64,000 nt of DNA, taken from NCBI GenBank assembly GCA_903813345.2, contig CAIIXF020000001.1:37758001-37822000 (forward strand), read 5' to 3'. The position numbers and the translations under genes were made by a program. Below are positions 1 through 13,350 of this stretch, piece after piece. The stretch's first letter is position 1. The number at the start of each line of letters is the position of its first letter. The DNA is from Owenia fusiformis (Eukaryota). The notes beneath the pieces are model-generated. The model had not been told where the DNA came from and made no database searches. It saw only the letters and a program-made list of their open reading frames with translations.

Positions 1-1439
1 TGTGAAATATATAATGGCAATGTTACAAAAGGTATCTTATTCTCATTTGAATGAGAGACCTTAGTTTAGAATTTGTTTTTTCGCAAAAAATGTATTTTCT
101 CCTCCAAATTGCTTGTTCAAAAGGAAGAATAGATAGTTATATGACTTCATGCCAAATATCACTTTGATTCCATACCAATAACAATGTCTAAACAAGATAA
201 GCATTTAATCACTTAAAACAACGTTTTAAAGCGATGGCTCGAAATAAATGAATCTGATGTCGCAGTTCACACATTTTTATAAGTTATAAACATAAGGGAT
301 TAAATCATACGTGCTACATGCTATAAGTGCTAAATGCAATATATCTCTATTGGTTGTACACTGATGTATACTGATGGGGCACTCATTGATTTCACAAAGA
401 TCAGAATATGAACCAACCTCTACCATTCATTACTCGATCATCTGTTGATTTGTATATTCACCGTTCCACAACTAGTAACTTTGACGGAACGTCAATGTAA
501 CAAAATGGATGAACTTCCTGGTTACGAGTTTTTTTTGTTTTGTCGATTTAAACCTACTTGTAAGTCAAGTTGCAGATTATAATTTGGCACAAAGCTAGAA
601 AATATAGTCTAGTTTTGATAAATTTCTTCGATTTGGAATTTGTTTTTTAAATGAAGTTGCAATTCTTATATTTAGCCCCTCGCTTGTGTTACATTGACGA
701 AAATCCGTTATATTACCAATCTATGTTACTTCGACGACCATATGTATGTGCAAGATAACCCTCCACTGATCTCCATACACCCCCAATTTGAATCCACCTG
801 ATTTCTTTTTGTATGGCTATTTGAAAGACAATTGCATTCCAAAACAATCCTCAGACAATTGCTGACCTTAAGGAGGCTATCACTGCTAAATGTAATGCTA
901 TAATAATAGTCCGGATGTGAAGTGCCATATTTTACGTGAAGGTGGAAATGCTTATTATATGAACTTTTTTTGCATTTTCTGTTTAAACATGATATCCATA
1001 TTCAGAAACTGTCGGATGCCCAACGGGCACCCTTGAGGAATTTTTTTGGCGGCCATTTTGAATTTTCACACGTTTCATGTATTTTAGCCAGCATATTAAA
1101 ACAGAAAACTAGCATACACATACACAAATCTTGCTGTTTTTCTATAATAGAGTTTTAATATGATGTATACCAATATGTTAGGTTCCAGAAATGTTTCTTG
1201 ACAAAAATAAAAAAAATTCAAGATGGCCGCCAACCTTACAATTTATGAAATGTCTCATTCTGTGATAATATCAAATGGATATTAGTGTTTCCTACAAAAT
1301 TATCAATAAATAATACTAAATACATCTGATTATGATCTCTTTGTCACATATAAAATATCTGAAATGAGTAAAAAGTAACCTACATAATAATAATGATGTT
1401 CCACAAGGGTCATTTCTTGGTGCTATATCTATCTTGAAT

Positions 1440-2890
1440 TTATGAATTCTCTTCTTTTACTAAGATTTCATCAAGGATTTCCCTCAATAAATCCTCATCA
1501 GTTTCTTCCAATTCCTGTTCAGTTACTGTCTTTGTATGTTGGTTATTGCATTCATTCCCCTTGCAAACACAGAACAATGTACATGATAAAGATGCCTTGG
1601 AGCATGAACATTGCCCAGTTCTACATACATTGCCCTCTGATGCACATGTGCACTTAATGAGCTGGAGAATCCCTTCAGGGGCACAGGGTGTATCCTTGGG
1701 CATTGTTGTTGGGACAATTGAGCCTGTGCTGTTAATTTCCCAACCATAATCTGTCGGAAGGATAAGTGGGGGGTCAGGCATATCAGCATTTTTCCATACA
1801 GCTACTTGGAAATGAGCTCGCTTCACATGCTGGAAAAATGCTTCTGTTGTTTGTGGGAGGGATTTTAGCTTTGGTGCATTTGTAATGCGTTTTGCAGCAA
1901 TTTATTTGCCCATACAGCATATCTCACATCAGACATTTTGTCTGTGACTTTAGGTGTAATTCCATAACATCTAGAAACAAATTCTGTTGAAGTTTTCTCA
2001 ACTTCAGTCATGTCTGCATTGACATCTCCCAAGTTAGTGAATGAGTATCTATTTAACACCTACAGGACTGTTAGCTTGCCAATTCCATGCATGCAAGATG
2101 TTGTATCACTGCCAGAGAGACCATGCGCAGCTAACAAGTTTGGGATTTTTAATTTGTGTTCATTTACGGTTACATTTATGTTAATGTTTGCTCGGCCAGA
2201 TGATGTTCCCTCCATTATGATGTTATTTTCCATTAACTTGTGCTTGAGACAGTGATGAAGAAGTAGAAGGAAAACATCAGTATCATCACTGAGTACACTG
2301 CTATTCTGTTGGCCTTTACTGGCAGCATGCAGAACCTGGTGTACGATAACAACATCTGCTTCTTCTTGAGTGTTCCTTAAGTCATCACATTGGTCAATAT
2401 TGCTTTTGTGAATTTGTACAGGTGTTGGATCAGGACCTGTGATAACAAGGATGTTGGAGAATGATCCTTCACTAGCTTTTTGAGTGAGATGGTCGATGAC
2501 ACATTTTATCAACTGGACCTTGTTCTCAGTCACATTCAGAACAACATTCTGTGCAGGGAGAGGTGTGTCAGAGCTGAACTTATACACTCTCCTGGCTGAT
2601 TGAGCTCGAGATGACCTGGTGCTGTTCTTTATGCTATTGTCTTTATATCTGTCAAAGATAAGGTATACATCTGATTTGGTTAGGAGTCTCAGGATGTACT
2701 TAGTGAAAGCAATACAGAAGTTTTCAATTTTGCCAGCCATCGGCCATGTTATGATCCAAAGGATGGCACACCCATCAACGACACGTACATTGCAATTGTT
2801 TCCTCTTGAGGTCTCCTCAATCTGTAACTTTTGTTTCAGTGTTGATTTTGAAGTTGTGATATTAATTTCTCCATATTCATCAAATAGTGA
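1440..2890 (-). pseudogene. Academ protein C-terminal half: XPG/FEN1-like PIN nuclease plus Cys8 zinc finger (disrupted)
   Basis: ORF pieces 2060-2920, 1865-2059 and 1440-1826 carry VVDG, FDRY, QEEAD, SDDTDV, HGLSGSDTTS..GIGK, KRAHFQ..W, YGW and CxC..C..CxC..C..CxC..CxN. There is a premature TAG at 2060-2062 and a frameshift near 1900. Confidence 0.8.
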
Positions 2891-3670
2891 TAATGGAGGG
2901 AACATCATCTGGCAGAGCAAACATTAACATTAATGCAACTGTAAATGAACACAAATTAAAAATCCCAAACTTGTTAGCTGCGCATGGTCTCTCTGGCAGT
3001 GATACAACATCTTGCATGCATGGAATTTGCAAGCTAACAGTCCTGAAGGTGTTAAATAGATACTCACTCACTAACTTGGGAGATGTCAATGCAGACATGA
3101 CTGAAGTTGAGAAAACTTGAACAGAATTTGTATCTACTATAGATGTTATGGAATTACACCTAAAGTCACAGACAAAATATCTGATGTGAGATATGCTGTA
3201 TGGGCAAATAAAATGCTGCAAAACACATTACAAATGCACCAAAGCTAAAATCCCGACCAACAACAGAAGCATTTTCCCAGCATGTGAAGCGAGCTCATTT
3301 CCAAGTAGCTATATGGAAAAATGCTGATATGCCTGACCCCCCACTTATCCTTCCAACAGATTATGGTTAGGAAATTAATAGCACGGGCTCACTTGTCCCA
3401 ACAACAATGCCCAAGGATACACCCTGTGCCCCTGAAGGAATTCTCAAGCTCATTAAGTGCACATGTGCATCGGAGGGCAAGGTATGTAGAACTGGGCGAT
3501 GTTCATGCTCGAAGGCATCTTTATCATGTACATTGTTCTGTGTTTGCAAGGGGAATGAATGCAATAACCAACATACAAAGACAGTAACTGAACAGGAATT
3601 GGAAGAAACTGATGAGGATTTATTGAGGGAAATCCTTGATGAAATCTTAGTAAAAGAAGAGAATTCATAA
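2890..3670 (+). pseudogene. Inverted duplicate of the Academ XPG tail/Cys8 coding region
   Basis: ORFs 2887-3120 and 3407-3670 are near-identical to the minus-strand copies but carry different stops (TGA 3118, TAG ~3368). Confidence 0.8.
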
Positions 3671-4451
3671 ATTCAAGATATAAATAGCACCAAGAAATGA
3701 CCCTTGTGGAACATCATTATTATCATGTAGGTTACTTTTTACTCATTTCAGATATTTTATATGTGAGAAAGAGATCATAATCAGATGTATTTAGTATTAT
3801 TTATTGATAATTTTGTAGGAAACACTAATATCCATTTGATATTATCACAGAATGAGACATTTCATAAATTGTAAGGTTGGCGGCCATCTTGAATTTTTTT
3901 TTATTTTTGTCAAGAAACATTTCTGGAACCTAACATATTGGTATACATCATATTAAAACTCTATTATAGAAAAAACAGCAAGATATGTTTATGTGTATGC
4001 TAGTTTTCTGTTCTAATATGCTGGTTAAAATACATAAAACGTGTGAAAATTCAAAATGGCCGCCAAAAAAATTCCTCAAGGATGCCCGTTGGGCATCCGA
4101 CAGTTTCTGAATATGGATATCATGTTTAAACAGAAAATGCAAAAAAAGTTCATATAATAAGCATTTCCACCTCTACTGGCTCTACATCCAGACTATAAGG
4201 GTTGAATGGGATAAGGGTAATTGATAATTTTGCCATATGAATCCAGCTCTGCCTTTTGCTCAAGTGTGGCCATTTGGAGCATGTAATGTAAATGATCACA
4301 GTTCCTGAACCGATTGACTGGTTATATTGAAACTTTCAGGAAACAAATTTCCATAGAACTGTGCTGGTGTGTGCACATTTTCATTGATGTCACTTGTCTA
4401 GTTTAGGATATATTGCCTACTTCAATGGTCTCCTTTTTTCCGGTCACCCTG

Positions 4452-4636
4452 TAGATGATTTTGAAAACAATTGAAGTCAGTCTATGCAGTATTTGTTAAA
4501 TTGTTGGAAGTTGTAAGAATTTGTTACAGACGCCGACCACCGATTGCCAACCGCCAACCACCAACCTCTGACCGTCGACCGCCGTCAAAAAACGGAGACC
4601 ATAACAATATGTCACCACTTTTTGATGGTGACATAA
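4452..4636 (+). mobile_element. End fragment of a Helentron-like (HINE-type) non-autonomous repeat
   Basis: Shares aaaaaacggagaccataacaatatgtcaccac..ggtgacataac (terminal hairpin) with 63685-63735 and, inverted, with 31520-31660. Confidence 0.6.
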
Positions 4637-4799
4637 CAAGGCTATATTGTCTAACTTTGTGCCAAATGATAATGACTTAATGACGTAACATGACTTATAC
4701 GTAAGTTTAAATCGAGAAAACAAAAAACTCATATCCAGGAAGTTCATCCATTTTGTTACATTGACGTTCCGTAACTAGTAGTGGAACAGTGATATTGAG

Positions 4800-7700
4800 C
4801 ACTTCGTTGATTTATTAATGTGCAGTTGTTGTCACGAAGCCAATGTTGTAACAATACATTCATATATCAGGCATTAATGAACTGTCTTGTATCGTGGATA
4901 GGTACGATCCTCTTGGGGCTAGTTAGAAGGTAAACCCATGATATATAAAGAGAATATACGATCTGGCTGTATATTACGATTCGGGGTTTATCGAACGAAC
5001 GCATACAACTCGGTTAGTATATCGAGTGTTTTAAAGATCAATCTTTCGGTTCTCAATTTACTACCATAACCGTTTTACGGATCTGATTAGTAGGGATATT
5101 TTCTCGTAGGCTTCTGTCATTCGTTTTAATGTGTGGATCGGTTAGATAACCTGTGTGGGTTCTCACATAGGCTAACGACATTTAAATGCCTTTGGGACCT
5201 ATCATACTACAATCACTGGATTATTTTACGATTTCATTATTCGCTGGTAACCCAAAGGAGACAACTTGTGACTTTTAAGAGGCTTAATGTGTAAGGATAT
5301 GTGGAAATTATTTTCTAGATTTGACAAATTTCGCGTTAGATCTGTGAAAAGTGTATGTAATCATCAGATCTACACATTCTCCATCAGTTGTATGCGGAGC
5401 GGACCGTGAATGGAATCCTTACTGACTTTTCCCATGCAATACATCCATCTGACGTTGATCCTCGGGAGATCCCAAATGGTCCCACAGGTGAATCGATACA
5501 ATATTCAGTCGGTATATCGACTTACTTGGTCTTTTTAAATTAGGCACGAAATGCAGGCTGCAATTAATTCTATTGTTGGAGTATAAAGCGTCTTCAATAA
5601 TTAATCGTATTAGGCGGAATAAGGTGTAGAACATAGCCAATCAAATACATCCTGCCGGTTCAAGACAGACGTACTACTACATACATCAGATGGAAGGATC
5701 AGTTTGATCAGTTTTGTTAAAGCCACTGAATCAAGGTATACTCCATATGGATCTTAAGTGAAGAGTCGGAAGACTAATAGTGTTCTTAACAGGTAGATTA
5801 GAAATTACCATCGAGACATCATCTGCGTCTGAACGGCTTTCTACAAAAAGCCATCAGTATAATAACGGTCTACCTGGCTAGATAACCTAGATAGATACAA
5901 GAAGAAATTGCTCCAACATTATGCCCTTTAAGTTGAGGAGGAGGAGGTTTATATCGTGCTTCTATAAGCTAGTTCCGAGCCAACCCAGGTAGGCTGATAA
6001 TTACAGCACATTTTTACTCGACACAGGTATCATCGAAACCCAGTTTCGGATTTCTAAACGCTGCCAATAAAACTTCCAACGGCTTCTTAGGCGAAGGTTA
6101 TTTATACATTCACAAGAGGAACGAAGGTAGATACCAATCAGCTGGTTTGTGGAAAAAAGAATGTAGCAAATCATATCATGTTGTTGGTGCATAAGTTCTC
6201 AGCCACGCCAATATCTCGGATATACGATGGGGTTTGCTGCTGTTTGGATATGACACATTGGTTCCACATCACAAGTTTAGGTAAGGCTTAACATATAGCG
6301 CATATCTTTTAGCACGAACTACTCCATCAGTTACACGGTCTAAATAGAGCTTGCCCGCATTACATATATTTCACCCTGGTAGAAAAGCAAACCCCAGACC
6401 TAATTTTATATCCTGCCATGCAATGCTTTCCAAACTAACACACAGATCAATATTGGATAGGTTTCTTTGAATATTTTCTCTTTGTGGAATCAATATATTG
6501 ACAATAAATATGCATTTGCCAATATGTAATAACAAACTATATTCTCTGTGTGGATTAACTATTTTCTAAGAGTTAAGTAGAGTTCTAAATGATTCGAACT
6601 TGGAAATCAGAAGTACTGCGTTTATTGAAAATAGATCATTAGAAAATGAAGTATAATTTATCTACACTATTTGAAAGCACTCTTTGCAGAAATGGTAAAG
6701 TTCTGCCAATATTGTTATATACTGTTTCTGTTAATGCTGAGTGTCTGCTATACATTATCTGCATACCTGATATGCTTACCTGAGCCATTATTATTCAATT
6801 TTAGCATTTATGTAGATCAATACGGAATTCTGGATGATGGTTCTCTACTGTGTATTTACCGGGCCAATAGTCTTAGTTTATGTATTACTTAGGTAGTTCC
6901 AATATTGACCACTTAGCCGTATTATCAGAATTGTAGGTAGAACTCAACAATAATACAAACGATCGTTTCATCCGGCCACTAGCATGCACTACAAACATGG
7001 CAGTACACATAACTGACGTTCTGCTGTATCTATCTCAGCTCTAATCAAATTAGTTTTAACCTTATACCACGCGTTAACGTAACACTGAACGACAACATAG
7101 TTGCTATTTCCAAGATAGATTTTTCAATTTCGATAGATAGGAGATTAATTATAGATATTCATGCTTCGTGATTTCCATGCTTTGAAGATTTTACAATTAG
7201 TTAGGTAGACCGCGTTTGGTATTGGTCGATATCTGGAGTTATTAACTACCAACATATGAAATGACTGAGACAGCCATCGGGTTTATTTCATAATTCTAAC
7301 TATGAAATTGTTATAGACGTAGAACCAAATAACTTCATAAGAAGATCGATTAGACTTGTATTCATTCCCTTATTCCTGAATTGGGTTCCGTCGTGTTATT
7401 TTAAACTCAGATTATAATAAGTATGATATCAATGATGAGAATGGAATGTATCTTTAGTTATCGATATTCGTTAATTAAACATATTTGTTTCTGGCATTAA
7501 TACACTTATACGGATAATCAACTCTATTAATTTGCCTTAATCTCCCAATATGGTCAGTTGTACTTTTTCATCTCTTTTTGGTTTTCTAAATAGTTGAACG
7601 TCATCTTTATCATGTTTGGCGTTTTTAAAGCCATTGATTTATTTTATTATTCAAACCCAAACAAGTTGTATAGCTGTATATCAGTAGTTTGTTATATGTC

Positions 7701-8700
7701 ACCACCAAGAGCATTCTCAGTTATGTGTATCGTCATCGTGATATCCATTTGAAGTTGTTCCTGTTTTTTTTTGTCTGTAGAACTCTTAAAGTAATCATTG
7801 CTAATGGATACGTGTATAGTTTTCGAAGGCAATGTTAATCTTTCACCAAGAACAAAGGAAGCGCCTCTCTGGCTTCCTTCATTCATTGTGAACACATTCA
7901 GCGTTGATCGCAAGTTGGAAGAAGTTGGAACCGTGTGCATTTCAATATTTTGATTTCACATTCCATCTAGGCCTTATATTATGGAATTGGGCCATGCCGT
8001 ACGAAACTTGTGGAGAAAGGCATGTATTTAATGTTGCCTAGTTTCGGAGTATGGACTTGCCCGCATCGCAAAACCCAAGTCCCTCTCTCCCGAACGTTCC
8101 AAAGAGGCCACGCAAGCGGCAGGTAAGAGAGGGTCTGGTAAATGACTTGCCCGAGCCGTAACATTTCAGTGCCTTTTCAAAAAACATCTCTCAGTTATAA
8201 ATAGCTGTTGAGAAATACTGAACGATATAAATAACTTGAAACATCCAGGTCCATGGGATGTTTATTTTCCCGACCTTCATATGGGCTTCGTTTAGATAGA
8301 GAGTAGTTGTTATTCCGTACGAAATCAGTTCATTCGTAAATGCAAACGTATGTTACTGATGTTAAGCGTCTTATTCGAGTCCATCCACATGGGAAATGTA
8401 TCTGAACTTATCTTGTTCCTCTGTGTATCTCTTGGATCCTCTTTGAATTGCTATCAGTTGTTTTTCGGCACGGAAGTTGGGTTTAGTATTAAAAGAAACA
8501 TTGAGTTCTGGAATATCTTAGTTTCCTCGTCGTGGAGAAAATGTAGGCCTAATGTGGTGAGTTGGATTGTGAAGTGATGGGAACCGGGCTAGTGGAAGGA
8601 ACACTTGAATTGAGTGTTATAAAATTAAGGTCTACTACGAGCCCTTTTTGCCAATTCCTTGAAGAGCGAAGGAAATGTATCGAGAAAACATGGGAAATAA
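4800..8700. pseudogene. Possible decayed ambisense parvovirus/densovirus-like endogenous element (tentative)
   Basis: Minus strand 8340-7700: MKVGKINI..HGP, GFCDAGKSIL (GxxxxGKS), GSNFFQLAINAEC. Plus strand 5287-5400: DMWKLFSRFDKFRVRSVKSVCNHQI. Many stops; this is motif resemblance only. Confidence 0.25.
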
Positions 8701-9459
8701 TTTAATTATCAGGGAAGGAAACGATTGCATAATCAGTCCTTTCTGATATCACTCAAGTTTCATACTCCCATGTGTGGAATTATTACGTAAACGGATTCAA
8801 CCATTCTAACCTGCAGTCTAGTGAAACGGTGGTGGATAACACTGACAAGGCGGCTGGCGGGCATAACTCAATGCTTACATTCACAGAAGTTTTTATACCT
8901 GACATTTACAAATCTACCTTCGTGTTTACACTTTTGAAAATATTACACACATACTATCGAGAATCTTCTCTTACCCTAGAAGCAATCTGGATTTCTAATA
9001 CACAATATTTTAGTTTGGTATTTAATATGAAGAAATTGTATTCATATACTTAGCTTATTCTGATGCTCATCAGATGATGAACAAGACACACAGTCATAAT
9101 CAAGCCTTGAAGAGCAAAATGGTCACCGTGTCATTCAGCCAACATACCCAAAACCTAATCATATATTTACACTAGTCTGCTCTTGCATCTATTAAAATTT
9201 CAAGATTGCATCTGTAAATATTTCAAGTTGAACAGGTTTTCCTGGATTTTTTGATGACAAGAATCGATCTTTTGTCCCAACTTTGATAAACTTAGATAAC
9301 ATCGTTTGTGACCTAGTTTGATGACCTTGACCTTCGACCTTGACATTTTCTATTTTCAGACCTCGGTGGGTATTTTGTAATTTAGTTGACCTTTTCCAAA
9401 GTTGAACAGGTTAGCGGTTTTCTTGGAATTATTTTGATGAGTTGATTTGTAGTCTCGAA

Positions 9460-9820
9460 TAACTCCATTATGGTTATACCTTACGATTGTGATCATTAAT
9501 AGTAAAAACTAAAACGGGACCTTTAAACATTGCTCCCTGTAAAACATACATACGGTACATACAAATGTATCATGAACTAGGTTTCTTGAGAACTTTTAGA
9601 TGATTCAAAATGCCCGATTTATCAAAATGGCCGCCATGTAACAAAGCCAGCATACTCAAAAGCTGTAACTGTAAAACTCCATTGTGGTTATACCTTACGG
9701 TTATGATCATCAATAGTAAAAACTAAAATGGAACCTTCAAAGATTTTAAACATTGTTCCCTGTAAAATATAGGCCTATAGTAAGATAGTAAGTACTCTGG
9801 TACATATCACGAACTAGATT
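9460..9820 (+). repeat. Two-copy direct tandem duplication (~215-bp period) within a repeat-derived tract
   Basis: aactccatt(a/g)tggttataccttacg..gatcat..aatagtaaaaactaaaa..tttaaacattg..ccctgtaaaa occurs at ~9461 and ~9675. Confidence 0.75.
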
Positions 9821-11554
9821 TCGTTAGGTTCGGGCCTTTTTCCTTTGTGCCATATGGCCGTGAATTGGACTATCCTAATACACGACAAAATATTCTACTT
9901 TGAGAAAAATGGAATTGATTTTCCTTACTGTTCCAGAGAAAGCACCACTGTCCTAATCGACTGACTGAATACTGAATAGTTAAAGCATTTGTCTTGAGTG
10001 TAACAGAGAGCATTTTGGCAATGCAACATTTTTAGTATTAGAAGTGCTCAAATTAAAAGCGGTTTAGATTGAGAGAATAATTCACAAATAGTTATTCAAA
10101 AATGATATCACATATAGTTTTTGACTAACCACCCATGCAGAAGTCATGGAAGTCGAGAACTACTCTAATTTGAGCTTAAAACCCTCTTCTGTAGTAATTA
10201 CATTTGGTCTTGAATTGAGCAGTAGCACAGTGCTATTTCTAAATACTTCAATTTGTAACGAAAATAACCCAGAGAGCTTGTCAAAGCAATATGTCTGGAT
10301 GATTTTTTTCATGAAACGAACAGAAATGTGTTGCTATTTGTTTTCAAGTAATGCTCAATTTTCTTATATCCTTTAGCGTCATGAAATTTTCAAACTTGAA
10401 CCAATTCAAATATTTTGAGCATGTCGTTTTTAATTATAACCCTTTAAAAATATCTTAATATGCATTTTTTGTTTAGCCTTGGTTGTATTACACGAAACAT
10501 GAAGATAAATCCTCTACTGAGGGGAAAACAATTACACAGCTATAGCCAGGGGTATCATTGAAGAACATGACCAATTAAAAACTTGCTAGTCAATTATCAT
10601 AAGGATTACCGAGTCAAATAATGGCACCTGCTCGTGGATAGTGTAGCCGATTTGGGATTTTCTTTCTGAATGCCAAAAACTCCTTGTTGTAATTAAATTG
10701 CGTTTTAGATTAAGCTTTTTTCCATTAGCAAAGAGTGATGAGAATTTTAGATGGTTAGATTGGATTGATCGGTGGAATGGAATATGACATCTCGGTGGGA
10801 TTACGTAGGTCAGATCCAGAGCCCATTGTAATGTAATGTATACTTACTTCAAAGCTACTTGCCTTGGGTCAGATAAATGTTGCTATAAAGTACTATACAT
10901 TATCCAATGCCCAGTAGTGTTTTAGGGAGGCAAGCTGATGAGATAATCTGTATCCTAATGTTATGGTTCCCATATCCAGAACATCCATATCTCCCCCTCC
11001 TGGGCATATCTTCTCACTTCCGGCCAAAAAATCTTTTTTTTAAATTAAGAATTTTTTTAACAATTGTGAAACAAATAGTTACTGGGTATATGATTAAGCA
11101 GTTGTGTACTGGGAGGTTTTGGATATAGGGTTTATCTAGAGGGATGCATATCTACCTCATTGATATTGACATATTAGTCAATATTTAGAAACACTTACAA
11201 TAACTCCACCATCACACACTATCTGGAATCACATATTAACTATTGCACCAATTAGTAAATATTTGAAATCACATACGCCTTATTTATTTCACGATTATGC
11301 TTCTGCCACAATTCTTTTATCAAACTGAAAGAAAATGAATGTTCAGGACACTCAAAAATCTATACTGGGCTTTCCTCATCTTATACGATGGGCAACACTA
11401 CCTGTGTATTTCCAGATAGTAATAATTACTCATTTCAAGATATTGTGTAATGGTCCAGTTAGTACCAAGGCATTCCCACACATCATAGTTAGCAATCATG
11501 GGTTTGCATATATCATCATGTAATGATAGATTTAGGTTTTTCCAGATATTTATT

Positions 11555-13350
11555 CATGCAATAGGTGCAATAGTTAATCAATGTTTTCAGATATTGTGCG
11601 ATGGTCTAGTTATTAAAGTGTTTCCAAATATTGACTCAATCATGAGTGTGCAATAGTTAATAAGTGTTTCCAAGTTTTTGTGACAGTAGAATTACTAATT
11701 AAAGGTGTTTCTAATGATTGACTGATAATTGTGCAATGGAATAAGTGTTTCCAGATATTGTGTGATGGTCGAGTGATTAAACTGTTTTCAAATATTGACT
11801 AATGAGCGTGCAATAGTTGGTAAGTGTTTCCAAATATTTTGTGATAGTAGAGTTGCAAAAGTGTTTCCAATGATTGACTAATAAGTTTGCAATAGGTGTT
11901 TCCAGATATTGTTTGATGGTGGAGTATTAAAAGTATTTCCAAATATTGACTAATGAGTGTGCAGCAATTAATAAATGTTTTCTGATATTATTTGGTGGTG
12001 GAGTTATTAAACTGTCACTAAATATTGACTATCATGAATGTGCAATAGTTGATAAGTGTTTTCAGATATTTTGTGATGCCGGAGTTCCTACTAAAGTTTT
12101 TTCACAAATATTGACTAATGTCAATAAGTCCAGAAATTGTGTCATGTTGGAGTAATTAAAGTATTTACAAATATTGTCTAATGAGTGTGCAGCAATTAAT
12201 AAATGTTTTCTGATATTATTTGGTGGTGGAGTTATTAAACTGTCACTAAACATTAACCAATGAATGTGCAATAGTTGATAAGTGTTTCCAAGTATTTTTT
12301 GATAGTAGAATTACTTATATGTTTCTAATGATTGACTGATAATTGTACAATAGTAATAAGTGTTTTCAGATATTGTGTGATGGTCGAGTGATTAAACTGT
12401 TTTCAAATATTGACTAATGAGCGTGCAATAGTTGATTAGTGTTTCCAAATATTTTGTGATAGTAGAGTTGCAAAAGTGTTTCCAATGATTGACTTATAAG
12501 TTTGCAATAGGTGTTTCCAGATATTGTTTGATGGTGGAGTATTAAAAGTATTTCCAAATATTGACTAATGAGTGTGCAGCAATTGTTAAATGTTTTCTGA
12601 TATTATTTGGTGGTGGAGTTATTAAACTGTCACTAAACATTGACTAATGAATGTGCAATAGTTGATAAGTGTTTCCAAGTATTTTGTGATAGTAGAATTA
12701 TTTAAGTGTTTCTAATGATTGACTAATAATTGTGCAATAGTAATAAGTGTTTCCAGATATTGTGTGATGGTCGAGTGATTAAACTGTCGCCAGATATTGA
12801 CTAATGAGTGTGCAATAGTTGAAAAGTGTTTCCAAGTATTTTGTGATAGTAGAATTACTTAAGTGTTTCTAATGATTGACTGATAATTGTGCAATAGTAA
12901 TAAGTGTTTTCAGATATTGTGTGATGGTCGAGTGATTAAACCGTCGCCAGATATTGACTAATGAGTGTGCAATAGTTGATAAGTGTTTCCAAGTATTTTG
13001 TGATCGTAGAATTACTTAAGTGTTTCTAATGTTTGACTAAAAATTGTACAGTAGTAATAAGTGTTTCCAGATATTGTGTGATGGTCGAGTTATTAAACTG
13101 TAACCAAATATTGACTAATGATTGTGCAATAGTTACGAAGTGTTTCCAAATATTTTGTGATAGTAGAGTTACTTCAGTGTTTCCAATGATTGATTTATAA
13201 GTGTGCAATAATTATTAAGTTCAGATATTGTGTGACGGTGGAGTGTTCTCAAATAATTACTAATTGGTGCAATAGTAATAAGTGTTTCCAGATTTTTTGT
13301 GATGGTGAAATTCCAAAAACTTACTAATGGGTGCAATAGTTAATCGGTGT
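11555..13350. repeat. Satellite-like tandem array, ~79-bp unit, ~23 copies with subunit variants
   Basis: ttgactaatgagtgtgcaatagttgataagtgtttcca..tattgtgtgatgg..gagt.att recurs. An inverted copy lies at ~11170-11270 and a degenerate tail runs to ~13545. Confidence 0.92.

Larger units (their letters stand above)
907..4195. mobile_element. Fold-back (palindromic) non-autonomous Academ (AcademX-type) transposon
   Basis: TAG...CTA termini with TAA duplication (904-906, 4196-4198). Inverted arms 907-2218 and 2890-4195 surround a ~670-bp spacer. It encodes XPG/PIN-like and Cys8 remnants. Confidence 0.8.
750..4451 (+). mobile_element. Tc1/mariner transposase remnant (3' part), split by the Academ insertion
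   Basis: ~780-906 reads approximately PNLNPPDFFLYGYLKDNC..NNPQTIADLKEAITAKCNAI, the SPDLNPxDFFLWG-type C-terminal motif. It resumes at 4196 (RV..RVIDNFA..GHLEHVM) and ends in the TIR-like tttttccggtcaccctg followed by TA at 4452. Confidence 0.7.
459..4791. mobile_element. Outer TIR DNA element (CAC...GTG ends, 5-bp TSD; Transib-like ends) now containing nested insertions
   Basis: 459-570 (caccgttccacaactagt...acggaacgtcaatgtaacaaaatggatgaacttcctgg) is the imperfect reverse complement of ~4690-4791. ATATT flanks both ends (454-458, 4792-4796). The superfamily is inferred only from the termini and TSD length. Confidence 0.7.
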
